Shown: one piece after another, positions 13,316-23,869 of the stretch | How the letters are laid out: each line of letters begins with the position of its first letter | Numbering within the stretch: position 1 is the first letter of the stretch | Source of the DNA: Heterodontus francisci | Lineage: Eukaryota | Length of the DNA stretch: 64,000 nt | Direction of reading: 5' to 3' | Assembly (NCBI RefSeq): GCF_036365525.1 | Contig: NC_090404.1 | Coordinates: 9,982,001-10,046,000, forward strand | Made by a program: the position numbers and the translations under genes | The notes under the pieces: generated by a model | Databases searched by the model: none | Seen by the model: only the letters and a program-made list of their open reading frames with translations | What the model was told of the DNA's origin: nothing

Positions 13316-14892
13316 CGTCAGGCGGTAAATGGAATCCCGTCTGTGAACATTTGGATTTTCAACTTATCAACGAAACTGCTGCTACATCATGCTCAGTTGT
13401 TATTATGCTACAGTACTCTAGTTGTCTTTGCTTTATCTTTAATATTACTGTAACTTGTGCTTTTATTGCTGTTTCTACCGTTGTCATCTCAGATTAGTTC
13501 TGAGATTTCATGTCTCAGTTTTCTGGTATGCCTGAGTCACTACATAGTACATGTTCATTTGTATACATTAGACGGACCTCACGTTAATAATTCCTCAATT
13601 CATCTGACTGGATTTTCAATTTTGTATCAATAGAAATCTTTCGACCTCTCGAATCATCAAATGTGAAATCAAGCAACATACAGTAACGATATGACAGCAA
13701 GGTGATTTAGTATTTTGCTATTGAGGTTTAATCTGTATGTTGAATTAACACACACATACACTGCCTCATTAAATACTTCTAGAGCAAGTCAGCTATGGTT
13801 GATAGCTAGGAGGATGGCTGTTGACGGCAGGAAGATTTCAATGAACTGGCCAGATAGGCAGAAAAGTGGCAAATGGAATTCAACTGGGAGAAGTGTGAGG
13901 TGATGCAATTGGGAAGGTCAAACAAGGCAAAGGGATACACAACTAATGGGAGAATATTGAGAGGTGTCGAGGAAGTGAGGAACCTTGGAGTGAACGTCCA
14001 CAGATCCCTGAAGTTCATAGGACAGGCCGATAGGTCGTTAAGAAGGCATATGGAATCCTTTCCTTTATTAGCCGAGGTACAGAATATAAGAAATAAAAAC
14101 AAAAATTGCTGGAAATACTCAGCAGGTCTGGCAACATCTGTGGAGAGAGAAGCAGAGTTAACGTTTCAGGTCCGTGACCCTTCATCAAGGCTGGCAAAGG
14201 TTAGACATGTAATAGGTTTTAAGCAGGTAAAATAGGCCAAATGGCCTCTTTGTCAGTCATAAACCTTCTATGTATCTATGATTCCAGGTACAGCCTTAGC
14301 GGAGCAGGCTCGAGGGGCCGAATGGCCTGCTCCTGCTCCTAATTCGTGTGTTCGTATGTGTTAGATACTGAATAATACTCCATTTACAATGTGCCAGAAA
14401 ACAACCTGAGGGCAGGTACAGCACTGGTGAGATACAAAACAAAGCTCCCTCCACACTGTCCCAGAAAATACCTTCAGGACATGTATAGCACGGGTTAGAT
14501 ACAAAGTAAATCTCCCTCTACACTGTCCCATCAAACACCCCCAGTGCAGGTACAGCACGGGTTAGATACAAAGTATATCTCCCTCTACGCTGCCCCCAAT
14601 AAACACTCCCAGGGCAGGTACAGCACGGGATAATATACAGAAAGCTTCTGCCTGCATCGGGCCTTTTATTGGTGAAATGGTGAAAAAGCAAACGTATTTT
14701 CAAGTAAACTGTAAATATTATTTTATTATATTAAAATGATGCCTCTGATTATGTACTTTCCTCATTTTAATTACCTTGTCGTTGATTTTACTTGTATCGC
14801 ACTCGTTTCTGGAACCCGCGAGCAGGTCCTCTCCTCAAACCCCATGTCCAGTGAGTAACCGTACAAGCTCCTCATTTCTCTGCTTCACTGTG

Positions 14893-15173
14893 TCTCTCTG
14901 CACTGTAATACACCGCCGCGTCTGACAGCAGAGCCGTGTTAACTGTGAGATTTTTGGAGACATTTTCACGGTCCACAGATACGTTAGACATTCTCTCAAT
15001 TCTCTCATCTTTGAATATGGAGACGAGATACTGGCGAGCTTGTTTGGAGAACTGCCTGTACCAGAAGACAAGATCACTTCTAGCGAAAGTATCATTGTGA
15101 TGAAGTGAAATGGTTTGTCCTCCAGTTCCTTGTTGCACAGATATCTGGAATGTCTCCGAATGACAAGGAACAG
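14893..15173 (-). pseudogene. TRAV: TCR alpha/delta-type V segment, open frame but both canonical Cys lost; degenerate 23-RSS at 14854-14892
   Basis: ttgacag| acceptor; VFWYRQFSKQARQYL..LLSDAAVYYSAER; CACAGTG + 23 nt + weak nonamer acggttact. Confidence 0.75.
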
Positions 15174-15274
15174 CTGTCAAAGCAAGAATAATAATTTACA
15201 TAATGATATATACAACGATAATTAAATACTGTGTGGTTGATATGGGCCAAAGCGACTAATCTACGCATTTCACC

Positions 15275-15326
<52 letters not shown>
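15275..15326. repeat. (ATCT)n microsatellite followed by a G-rich tract to about 15608
   Basis: Direct. Confidence 0.9.
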
Positions 15327-15327
<1 letters not shown>

Positions 15328-15631
15328 GGGTTTTTCGGGCCCCTACACAGTGGTTGGAGGATGCCGGTGGGAGGAGGGGGTGCGAGGGGGAGGGGTGGAA
15401 GGAAGGGGATGCGAGGGGGAGCTAGGAAGGGGGCTGTAGGGGGGGTTGCAGGGGAAGGGGGTGCAGGGGGAAGATGGTGCGAGGGGGGAGCTGGGAAGGG
15501 GTTGCGAGGGGGAGGGGGTGGGGGGCTGCGGGGGATGGTGAGCTGGAAGAGTGGAGCTGGGAGGGGAAGGGGAAGGGGGGAAGGGGAAGGGGGGGGGGAA
15601 AGGGGGTACAGGTAATAAACCATTTCATCAG

Positions 15632-15813
15632 TTCCCACCATCGACGCCGGGAAAGCTCATCTGCGTCCTCCGGGAGGTGAGCCACAGCCTCGGGCGCCGG
15701 TACCAGCAGGAATTCGCCGACATTGCGCTGCAGATGCGCTCCGAGCCATCTCCCCGCGTGTGGTTTGAAGTTGTGGCCGAGGAGACATTCGTGGCTTTTT
15801 ACGTGTTCGGGGC
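15632..15813 (+). pseudogene. Bcl-2 family-like fragment (BH3 to BH1) with the BH1 core deleted
   Basis: LREVSHSLGRRYQQEFADIALQM..FEVVAEETF/VAFYVFG aligns by eye to Bcl-xL LREAGDEFELRYRRAFSDLTSQL..FEQVVNELF[RDGVNWGRI]VAFFSFG. Confidence 0.6.
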
Positions 15814-16209
15814 ACCTTTTTCTCAAGGCTTCCCCTCTGTGATAGTCTTATTACACTAGGGTCCCTTGCTCCTTCTTCTCTACAATGGAGTTACCGCACG
15901 ATGTGGACAGCAGGATGGACAATCAAAGTATCGCCAGCTGTACTTTGCAATTTCGTTCGGATTACATTCAATTCCATTTAGTGCTCAATGAGGAAAACAA
16001 AGAGCAGGTATGGCTGGGGGAGGGCAGTGGGCCCAGGTAACATTAAACTTGCTGTTAACTTATAGTTAGAGCTAAAATGTACTGATTAAAGAGCCAGGGG
16101 AATTTAAACAGTTTAAGAGGGTAGATTGGGGGAGAAAGCACTAAGAATGGGAGCAGATGGCCATGGATAGAGTTGCACAGCAAGGGAGCTTCCTAGGGAG
16201 TTTATAGCC

Positions 16210-19200
16210 CAGGAGCCATCTTGAGAATCCCAGTGATCACCCCAGGCTAAGGGAGTAAACCCTAACAGTAAATCCGGAGCGGAACCCCGTAGGCGGTCAT
16301 GTGTCACCTTGGCATGTTTCCGGCAGTTCCTGCTGCCATACCGGTGCCAAACGCCGTGCTCTGCACTCCTTTGGACCCCAACAGAAAGGCCGAGAGGGGG
16401 GTTTTGACGCTTGGGCAACTCTCAACCTCCATACATTCGCCCAGGCATGCGCCATGGAGAGGTCACTCCATAGTCGCCTCACAGCGACCGAAACAACACA
16501 GAAGGCAGCAATTACGGGTTATAAGTCCAGCTCAATTGGCGTAGAGATTGGGCGCCACGGGTTGCCTTTGTCAGTGGGAGAGGTCATCGCATCTCACTGG
16601 ACAGCTACTGCCCGCCTCAAACCGGGCAGCCCCCGGTCAATAAGGTTCTGTCCCTCCACAGTCCACCTGCTTCAATGGGTACTTGGAGCTCAGGGTCATT
16701 GCCCGAAAGGTGGAAGGCAACACCGCACCAAACAGCAAGAAAAAAGGAAAGAAGGTACCGGCCCTTCGTTTTGCAAGCTGGAACGTCAGAACTATGTGTC
16801 CTGGCTTGCCCGAAGACCTTACACAAATCAACGATTCTCGGAAGACCGCCATCATTAACAACGAGCTCAGTAGACTCAATGTAGACATTGCAGCACTTCA
16901 GGAGACTCGCCTCCCTGCGAGTGGATCTCTAACAGAACAAGACTACACCTTCTTCTGGCAGGGTAGGGATCCTGAAGACCCAAGAAGCATGGAGTGGGCT
17001 TCGCCATCAGAAACTCCATGCTCAGCATGATAGAGCCTTCCTCAAATGGCTCGGAACGCATACTGTCCATCCGACTGCTCACTGCCTCTGGTCCAGTACA
17101 CCTACTCAGCATCTATGCTCCAACACTCTGCTCCCCACCTGAAGCTAAAGACCAGTTCTACGAGGAACTCCATAATATCATTAGTAGCATCCAGAACACC
17201 GAACACCTGTTCCTGCTGGGGGACTTTAATGCTAGGGTTGGGGCTGACCATGACTCATGGCCCTCCTGCCTTGGGCGCTATGGCATTGGAAGGATGAATG
17301 AGAATGGACAGAGACTGCTTGCGTTGTGTACCTATCATAACCTCTGCATCACCAACTCGTTCTTTCACACTAAACCCTGTCACCAGGTTTCATGGAGGAA
17401 CCCAAGATCGCATCATTGGCACCAACTGGACCTCATCATCACAAGGCGAGCCTCCTTAAACAGTGTTCATATCACGGGGAGCTTCCACAGTGTGGACTGC
17501 GACACCGACCACTCCCTGGTGTGCAGTAAGGTTAGACTCAAACCAAAGAAGCGGCATCACTCCAAGCAGAAGGACTGCCCGCGCATCAACACGAGCAGAA
17601 TTTCTCATCCACAGCTGTTACAAAAATTTCTAAATTCACTTGTAAAAACCCTTCAAAACACTCCCACAGGGGTGCTGAGACCAAGTGGGCCCACATCAGA
17701 GACGCCATCTATGAGTCAGCAATGACCACCTATGGCAAACGTGTGAAGAGGAATGCAGACTGGTTTCAATCTCATTTTGAAGAGTTGGAGCCTGTCATAG
17801 CCGCTAAGCGCATTGCACTGTTGAACTACAAGAAAGCCCCCAGCGAATTAACATCCGTAGCACTTAAAGCAGCCAGAAGCACTGCACAAAGAACAGCCAG
17901 GCGACTACTGGCAACACCTATGCAGTCATATTCAGCTGGCCTCAGACACTGGAAACATCAAAGGAATGTATGATGGCATTAAGAGAGCTTTTGGGCCAAC
18001 CATCAAGAAAATCGCCCCCCTCAAATCTAAATCAGGGGATACAATCACTGACCAACGCAAGCAAATGGACCACTGGGTGGAGCATTACCTAGAACTGTAC
18101 TCCAGGGAAAATGTTGTCACTGAGACTGCCGTCAATGCAGCCCAGCCTCTACCAGTCATGGATGAGCTGGACATACAGCCAACAAAATCGGAACTCAGTG
18201 ATGCCATTGATTCTGTAGCCAGCAGAAAAGCCCCTGGGAAGGACAGCATTACCCCTGAAATAATCAAGAGTGCCTAACCTGCTATACTCTCAGCACTCTA
18301 CGAACTGCTTTGCCTGTGCTGGGATGAGGGAGCAGTACCTCAGGACATGCGCGATGCCAATATCATCACCCTCTATAGAAACAAAGGTGACCACGGTGAC
18401 TGCAACAACTACCGTGGAATCTCCCTGCTCAGCATAGTGGGGAAAGTCTTTGCTCGAGTCGCTTTAAACAGGCTCCAGAAGCTGGCCGAGCGCATCTACC
18501 CTGAGGCACAGTGTATCTTTCGTGCAGAGAGATCCACCATTGACAAGCTGTTCTCCCTTTGTCAGATACAGGAGAAATGCCGCAAACACCAGATGCCCCT
18601 CTACATTGCTTTCATTGATCTCACCAAAGCCTTTGACCTCGTCAGCAGACGTGGTCTCTTCAGACTACTAGAAAAGATCGGATGTCCACCAAAGCTACTA
18701 AGTATCATCACCTCATTCCATGACAATATGAAAGGCACAATTTAGCATAGCGGCGCCTCCTCAGACCCCTTTCCTATCCTGAGCGGTGTGAAACAGGGCT
18801 GTGTTCTCGCACCCACACTGTTTGGGATTTTCTTCTCCCTGCTGCTCTCACATGCGTTCAAGTCTTCAGAAGAAGGAATTTTCCTCCACACAAGATCAGG
18901 GGGCAGGTTGTTCAACCTTGCTCGTCTAAGAGCGAAGACCAAAGTACGGAAAGTACTCATCAGGAAACTCCTCTTTGCTGACGATGCTGCTTTAACATCT
19001 CACACTGAAGAGTGTCTTCAGAGTCTCATCGACCGATTTGCGGCTGCCTGCAACGAATGAGGCCAAGCCATCAGCCTCAAGAAAACGAACATCATGGGAC
19101 AGGACGTCGGACATGCTCCATCCATCAATATCGGCGACCACGCTCTGGAAGTGGTTCAAGAGTTCACCTACCTAGGCTCAACTATCACCAGTAACCTGTC

Positions 19201-19956
19201 TCTAGATGCAGAAATCAACAAGCGCATGGGAAAGGCTTCCTCTGCTATGTCCAGACTGGCCGAGCGAGTGTGGGAAAATGGCGCACTGACACGGAACACA
19301 AAAGTCCGAGTGTATCAAGCCTGTGTCCTCAGTACCTTGCTCTATGGCAGCGAGGCCTGGACAATGTATGTCAGCCAAGAGCAACATCTCAATTCATTCC
19401 ATCTTCGCTGCCTCCGGAGAATCCTTGGCATCAGGTGGCAGGACCGTATCTCCAACACAGAAGTCCTCGAGGCGGTCAACATCCCCAGCTTATACACACT
19501 ACTGAGACAGCGGCGCTTGAGATGGCTTGGCCATGTGAGCCGCATGGAAGATGGCAGGATCCCCAAGGACACATTGTACAGCGAGCACGTCACTGGTATC
19601 ACACCCACCGGCCGTCCATGTCTCCGCTTTAAAGACGTCTGCAAACGCGAAATGAAGTCCTGTGACATTGATCACAAGTCATGGGAGTGAGTTGCCGGCG
19701 GGCAGCCATAAAGGCGGGGCTGAAGTGTGGCGAGTTGAAGAGACTTAGCAGTTGGCAGGAAAAACGACAGAAGCGCAAGGAGAGAGCCAACTGTGTAACA
19801 GCCCTGACAACCAATTTTATCTGCAGCGCCTGTGGAAGAGTCTGTCACTCTAGAATTGGCCTTTATAGCCACTCCAGGTGCTGCTTCACAAACCACTGAC
19901 CACCTCTCAGCGCTTGCCCATTGTCTCGCGAGACGAGGAGGCCAAAGAAGAAGAAG
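16210..19956 (+). mobile_element. RTE-clade non-LTR retrotransposon, near full length, frameshifted
   Basis: APE motifs ASWNVRT, ALQETRL, LLGDFNA, DTDH; RT NYRGISLLS, FIDLTKAFD, QGCVLAP, LLFADD; C-terminal CSACGRVC..H; (GAA)n tail; 5' boundary approximate. Confidence 0.92.
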
Positions 19957-20080
19957 TTTATGCTTTGCTGCATTATACTATATTGTGGTCTGTTATGTTT
20001 TATTTTATTATGATATTTTGTATTGTGTTGTATTATATGAATTATGTGCATTATGTATTATATCTGCTTATTCTTCTCAG

Positions 20081-20353
20081 ATGCCACTGGCAGTGAAGAG
20101 GTATCGCAGTCTCCTGAGTCAGTGTTCGTTGTCGAGGAAGACACTGCATCATTGACCTGTTCCACCACAGCAGCAGGATGGATCCTACAATGGTACAGAC
20201 AATACCGGGACTGAACCATGCAGCACCTGGCGAGCGGTACCAGTAATTAGAATAGAATCACGGGTCGGTTCATTGCAGCTTAAAAACTCTTCTCTCTGGC
20301 TGTTAGCGACACTCGAGTGACAGACACTGCCACCTATTTCTGTGTAAAGGAGA
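20081..20353 (+). pseudogene. TRAV: TCR alpha/delta-type V pseudogene (3 in-frame stops)
   Basis: ctcag| then EEVSQSPESVFVVEEDTASLTCSTT..LQWYRQY..DTATYFCVKE; CACAGTG at 20354, no good nonamer. Confidence 0.85.
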
Positions 20354-20636
20354 CACAGTGTAGCAAAGATCAGTGGGCCCCTGAGTTTTCCAATGAGTGA
20401 AGCCTCCCCTGATCTGAGTTCACTCTTTAAAAACCGAGCAGAATTGTCAACATATTTTAAATATTCTGTTATTTTCTATCTATTTTCTCTCTAAACCAGA
20501 CTCCGTGCGTTCCCACATTCCTTACTAATAATAATGACCGTGCTGCTCGGTGGGTCAATGTTTAAATGGTCACTGTCTGTCTCTTGCGTCACATTCAAAC
20601 CCAGAGCTACGCACATTCTGTGTTTTGTTATGGAAG

Positions 20637-21260
20637 CAAATGGCGCAGACTCAGTGTCCCAGGATCAGTCTGAGATAATGGTTCCGGAAAAACAGAGCGT
20701 AATCTTCAGCTGCAGATACTCCACTGCTGACAGCTTTCTCTATCTCTATCGGAGCAACGCAATTCCGAGTAATCTCTGAGATATTTACTGAGGAGATATA
20801 GCTCGGGGCATGTAAATTTTAGTTTTAGTTTTTAGTTTTAGAGATACAGCACTGAAACAGGCCCTTCGGTCCACCGAGTCTGTGCCGACCATCAACCACC
20901 CATTTATACTAATGCTACACTAATCCCATATTCCTACCACATCCCCACCTGTCCCTACATTTCCCTACCACCTACCTACACTAGGGGCAATTGCTAATGG
21001 CCAATTTACCTATCAACCTGCAAGTCTTTGGCATGTGTTGAGGAAACCGGAGCACCCAGAGGAAACCCACGCAAACACAGGGAGAACTTGCAAACTCCAC
21101 ACAGGCAGTACCCAGAATTGAACTCAGGTCACTGGAGCTGTGAGGCTGTGGTGCTAACCACTGCGTCCGGTTCTCTTTTGATTTGGACAAGGATAAAGAC
21201 AGCAATACAACTGTTTGATATATTAACCTGGAAGTCCTCATTCTACATGAGCCCGGGATC
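20637..21260 (+). pseudogene. TRAV: TCR alpha/delta-type V pseudogene, frameshifted and interrupted by a SINE
   Basis: ANGADSVSQDQSEIMVPEKQSVIFSCRYSTADSFLYLY; leader-like exon ending 20549; RFSFDLDKDK FR3 remnant after the SINE; 3' end approximate. Confidence 0.65.
20815..21165 (-). mobile_element. tRNA-derived shark SINE (HE1-like)
   Basis: Same family at 30668-30978 (-) and 34540-34880 (+); gtggttagcac head, CR1-like tail. Confidence 0.8.
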
Positions 21261-21320
21261 AAACAAACCCGAAGATAAAAGCACCAAAGCACACTGAACG
21301 AAGCTGTATATACTCGCTGA

Positions 21321-21359
21321 GGTTTTTGTACGGAGTCTTGGCTTTTATCCGACGCTGTG
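21321..21359 (-). promoter_or_regulatory. 23-bp spacer recombination signal sequence
   Basis: CACAGCG + tcggataaaagccaagactccgt (23) + ACAAAAACC (consensus nonamer). Confidence 0.95.
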
Positions 21360-21652
21360 CCTCACTGCACAGTAATAGATAGCTCCGTCCTCCACACTCA
21401 GGTCGCTTATATTGAGATAACCTTTCCTTTTAGACTTATCAGAAGCCACCAGATATTGTCCTGAGATTTCGTTTTCCGTCACTGCAACTACTTTGCTAAT
21501 AATCCAGCTTGGAGGCTGTGCCGGTTTCTGCCGATACCATTGCATGTAGTCAATATTCAGGGTTGCATATTCGCAAACTATCTGCACAAAACCCCCTTCT
21601 GACACGGCTATTGCCACCGGAGACTGAGTTACTGGATCTGCACATAGTCCAC
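21360..21652 (-). CDS. TRAV: Intact TCR alpha/delta-type V exon
   Basis: ttcacag| acceptor; GLCADPVTQSPVAIAVSEGGFVQIVCEYATLNIDYMQWYRQKPAQPPSWII..LNISDLSVEDGAIYYCAVR; both Cys and the Trp present. Confidence 0.92.
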
Positions 21653-21847
21653 CTGTGAATGTAGAGGAATAAATAACAGGAGGTTAAACAGGATCGGTCT
21701 AAAATTCTGTCTATCTGTGTAAGTGTGTGTAATCTACCCGGCTGTCCATAATATGGATCTTTCTGACAGCAAATTATATTAAACCCGAGAACAAACTGTC
21801 AGCAGAAATCTGACATCCTGCCTTACTTAAGCTAATCCGGTACTTAC

Positions 21848-21881
21848 TGTCCAGCACAGCTGCCAGTATTATCAGAAACAT
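21848..21881 (-). CDS. TRAV: Leader exon of the intact TCR V
   Basis: ATG FLIILAAVLD A|gtaagt, 34 nt, phase matches the V exon. Confidence 0.85.
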
Positions 21882-21922
21882 GTCTGACTGAATCCCGGGG
21901 CGCGTTCAGCTCATTGTTCCAC

Positions 21923-22039
21923 TGACGCACTGCAGGGGGCGGCCCCATTGTGACCTCACTCAGGTTGCGATCCCTTTGGCCCTTGGCTGCATCACGTGAC
22001 TTTCGAATCGTCATGCTTGAGTTTGGCTCCCTCTGCTGG
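21923..22039 (-). promoter_or_regulatory. TCR V promoter region with CRE-like, E-box and CTCF-like motifs
   Basis: TGACGCA 21923, TGACCTCA 21951, TCACGTGA 21992; CTCF-like 21929-21942 (+) and 22026-22039 (-). Confidence 0.55.
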
Positions 22040-22179
22040 CGGATTCTATTCAATCCACTTTAGAACAGGGTCGTTGAGTGGATTACGGGTTTATTGATTT
22101 ACAGATCAAAACACTAACCTTATCTCCCAGAAAGCTAAATTGGAGCTAATTAGACCCATTCTTTATTGCTGTTGCTGTT

Positions 22180-22740
22180 TATGCCAGGAAGTGATGTTTA
22201 AACTTTTTAAATCACTGTTTAGACATCAGTTCGGATTCTGTATCCATTTCTGGGCTCCACTATTTCGAAAGAATGTCGAGACATGGGAGAAAGTGCGGAG
22301 GAGATACGCCAGAATGGTACCAGGGATGAGGGACTTTTATGTGAACTGGCTGGAGAAACTGGGATTATTCTCGTTAGATCAAAGAAGTTCAAAATTATAA
22401 GTATTTTTATAGAGTTGATCACACGCAACTATTTCCACTAAGCAGGAAATTTGGATCACCCAGCACCTGGATTTAAAAGAATTGATTAAAAAAAGACAAG
22501 GAAAGATAAGATTCATTTATCACACTACGATTTGTTAAAATCGGGAATGCACTGCCTTATAGGGCGGCAGAAGAAGATTCAATAGAAACTTTCAAAAGGG
22601 AATTGTAGACAACTTGAAAAGGAAAAAACAAGATGCCAGACTTTGTTGAAAACGCAGGGAGTGAAAGATGAATTGGATTGCTCCTTCAAAGAGGGACAGG
22701 AAAGGTAGGCCAAATGGCCTCATTCCGCGTGCTAAGCTAT
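22180..22740 (+). mobile_element. Degenerate CR1 LINE 3' fragment
   Basis: CIHFWAPLFRKNVE..MVPGM..LEKLGLFSL. Confidence 0.7.
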
Positions 22741-23283
22741 TATTCCAGTCCCTTCATGTCCCTCCCACTCTGTTTGTTTCCGGTCAATTGAACAGTGAGC
22801 AGGTGCAGGATGGCCACAGACTTCTGGAGATTCAACCGTCGCTATTTCCGCTCCATCAGTTCGGAATGCAGCTGAGTGTCGCCGCACCCTTCACTCAATT
22901 TTGAATCTGCGGTATCTCCGCCCACAGCTTCCTTTTCCTGCTCTCGCTCTGATCTGATTGTGTTATTGGAGAGATTGCTGCCGCGGGTCTATTTCTGTCA
23001 TTGGTTGGATCAGCAGTGCAGTGGGACGGGGATCTGCGCCAGAGAATTTCCTGCACTGCAGAGTGACAGAGTCAGGAAGTATCTAGGGGAACCATCTCAC
23101 ACCACTTCTCATCATTCCATCATTTCTCAGTAAGTATTTCCTTCCCAGTAAAAATTCATTCTCACCCTGACTGCTGTAATCCAAATTTTATTTTTGGTAA
23201 AATAATAGTGACGGTGGTGATGATAGTTATGTTGATCAATATGAGGCTGACCCTGAAAGTTGTTATTACCATTTTTATGCTAG

Positions 23284-23581
23284 AATGGAGTCAGCAAGAC
23301 ACAGTGGAACAGCCGGTTGCTGAAATAACGGATCCAGAGGAAATTAACGTCACACTGACCGCGAAAACAAGCGCTTCTGATCCTTATTTGTACTGGTACA
23401 GTCAACACCCTCGGCAGCCGCCGCACGACACGCTTCGTCTTATTGGAGGGAATGTATACAGGGACACCGATATCACCGATCAGGTTTCTTCCACATTTAA
23501 TAAAACGGCCAATATTACAGAGCTAACGATTGGTAACACCCTGATCTCCAACACCGCCGTGTATTTCTATGCCATGGACCC
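23284..23581 (+). pseudogene. TRAV: TCR alpha/delta-type V segment, open frame, both Cys lost, degenerate RSS
   Basis: WSQQDTVEQP..SDPYLYWYSQHPRQPP..ISNTAVYFYAM; tacacga-23-gaaaaaatc; leader remnant without ATG ending 23129|gtaagt. Confidence 0.75.
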
Positions 23582-23644
23582 TACACGACTGCAGAGATAT
23601 AGCGGATGCGGGAAAAAATCCACATTGAGAGTTCCAGTTAATGC

Positions 23645-23658
23645 TCAGCAGAGGGCGC
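23645..23658 (+). promoter_or_regulatory. Candidate CTCF site just 3' of the V RSS
   Basis: TCAGCAGAGGGCGC, 13/14 to consensus. Confidence 0.5.
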
Positions 23659-23869
23659 TCTCACACAGATCAACAGAAGCAATAGTTCAGACTCCTCAGT
23701 AGGAGTCACAGGGACCTTCTTAAAACTGCCACAAAGCACAAACCTCAACAACAGGCGTAGTCCACTTACGCAGTTATCTTAGTCTGTGATTACAACTTGC
23801 ATATATCATAAAAATGAGCTTTCCAAATCGATTTGTGATGCCTTTATTCACCTTTTGTCTTTCGATGCA

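Noticed and set aside
15225-15280. Leader exon for the V at 14893-15173
   Set aside because: An ATG is present on -, but the donor and hydrophobic core are unconvincing.
15321-15641. Pro- or Gly-rich ORFs
   Set aside because: Artefacts of the G-rich tract.
16100-16350. HDV-like ribozyme at the RTE 5' end
   Set aside because: Expected for some RTEs, but I could not build the nested pseudoknot by eye.
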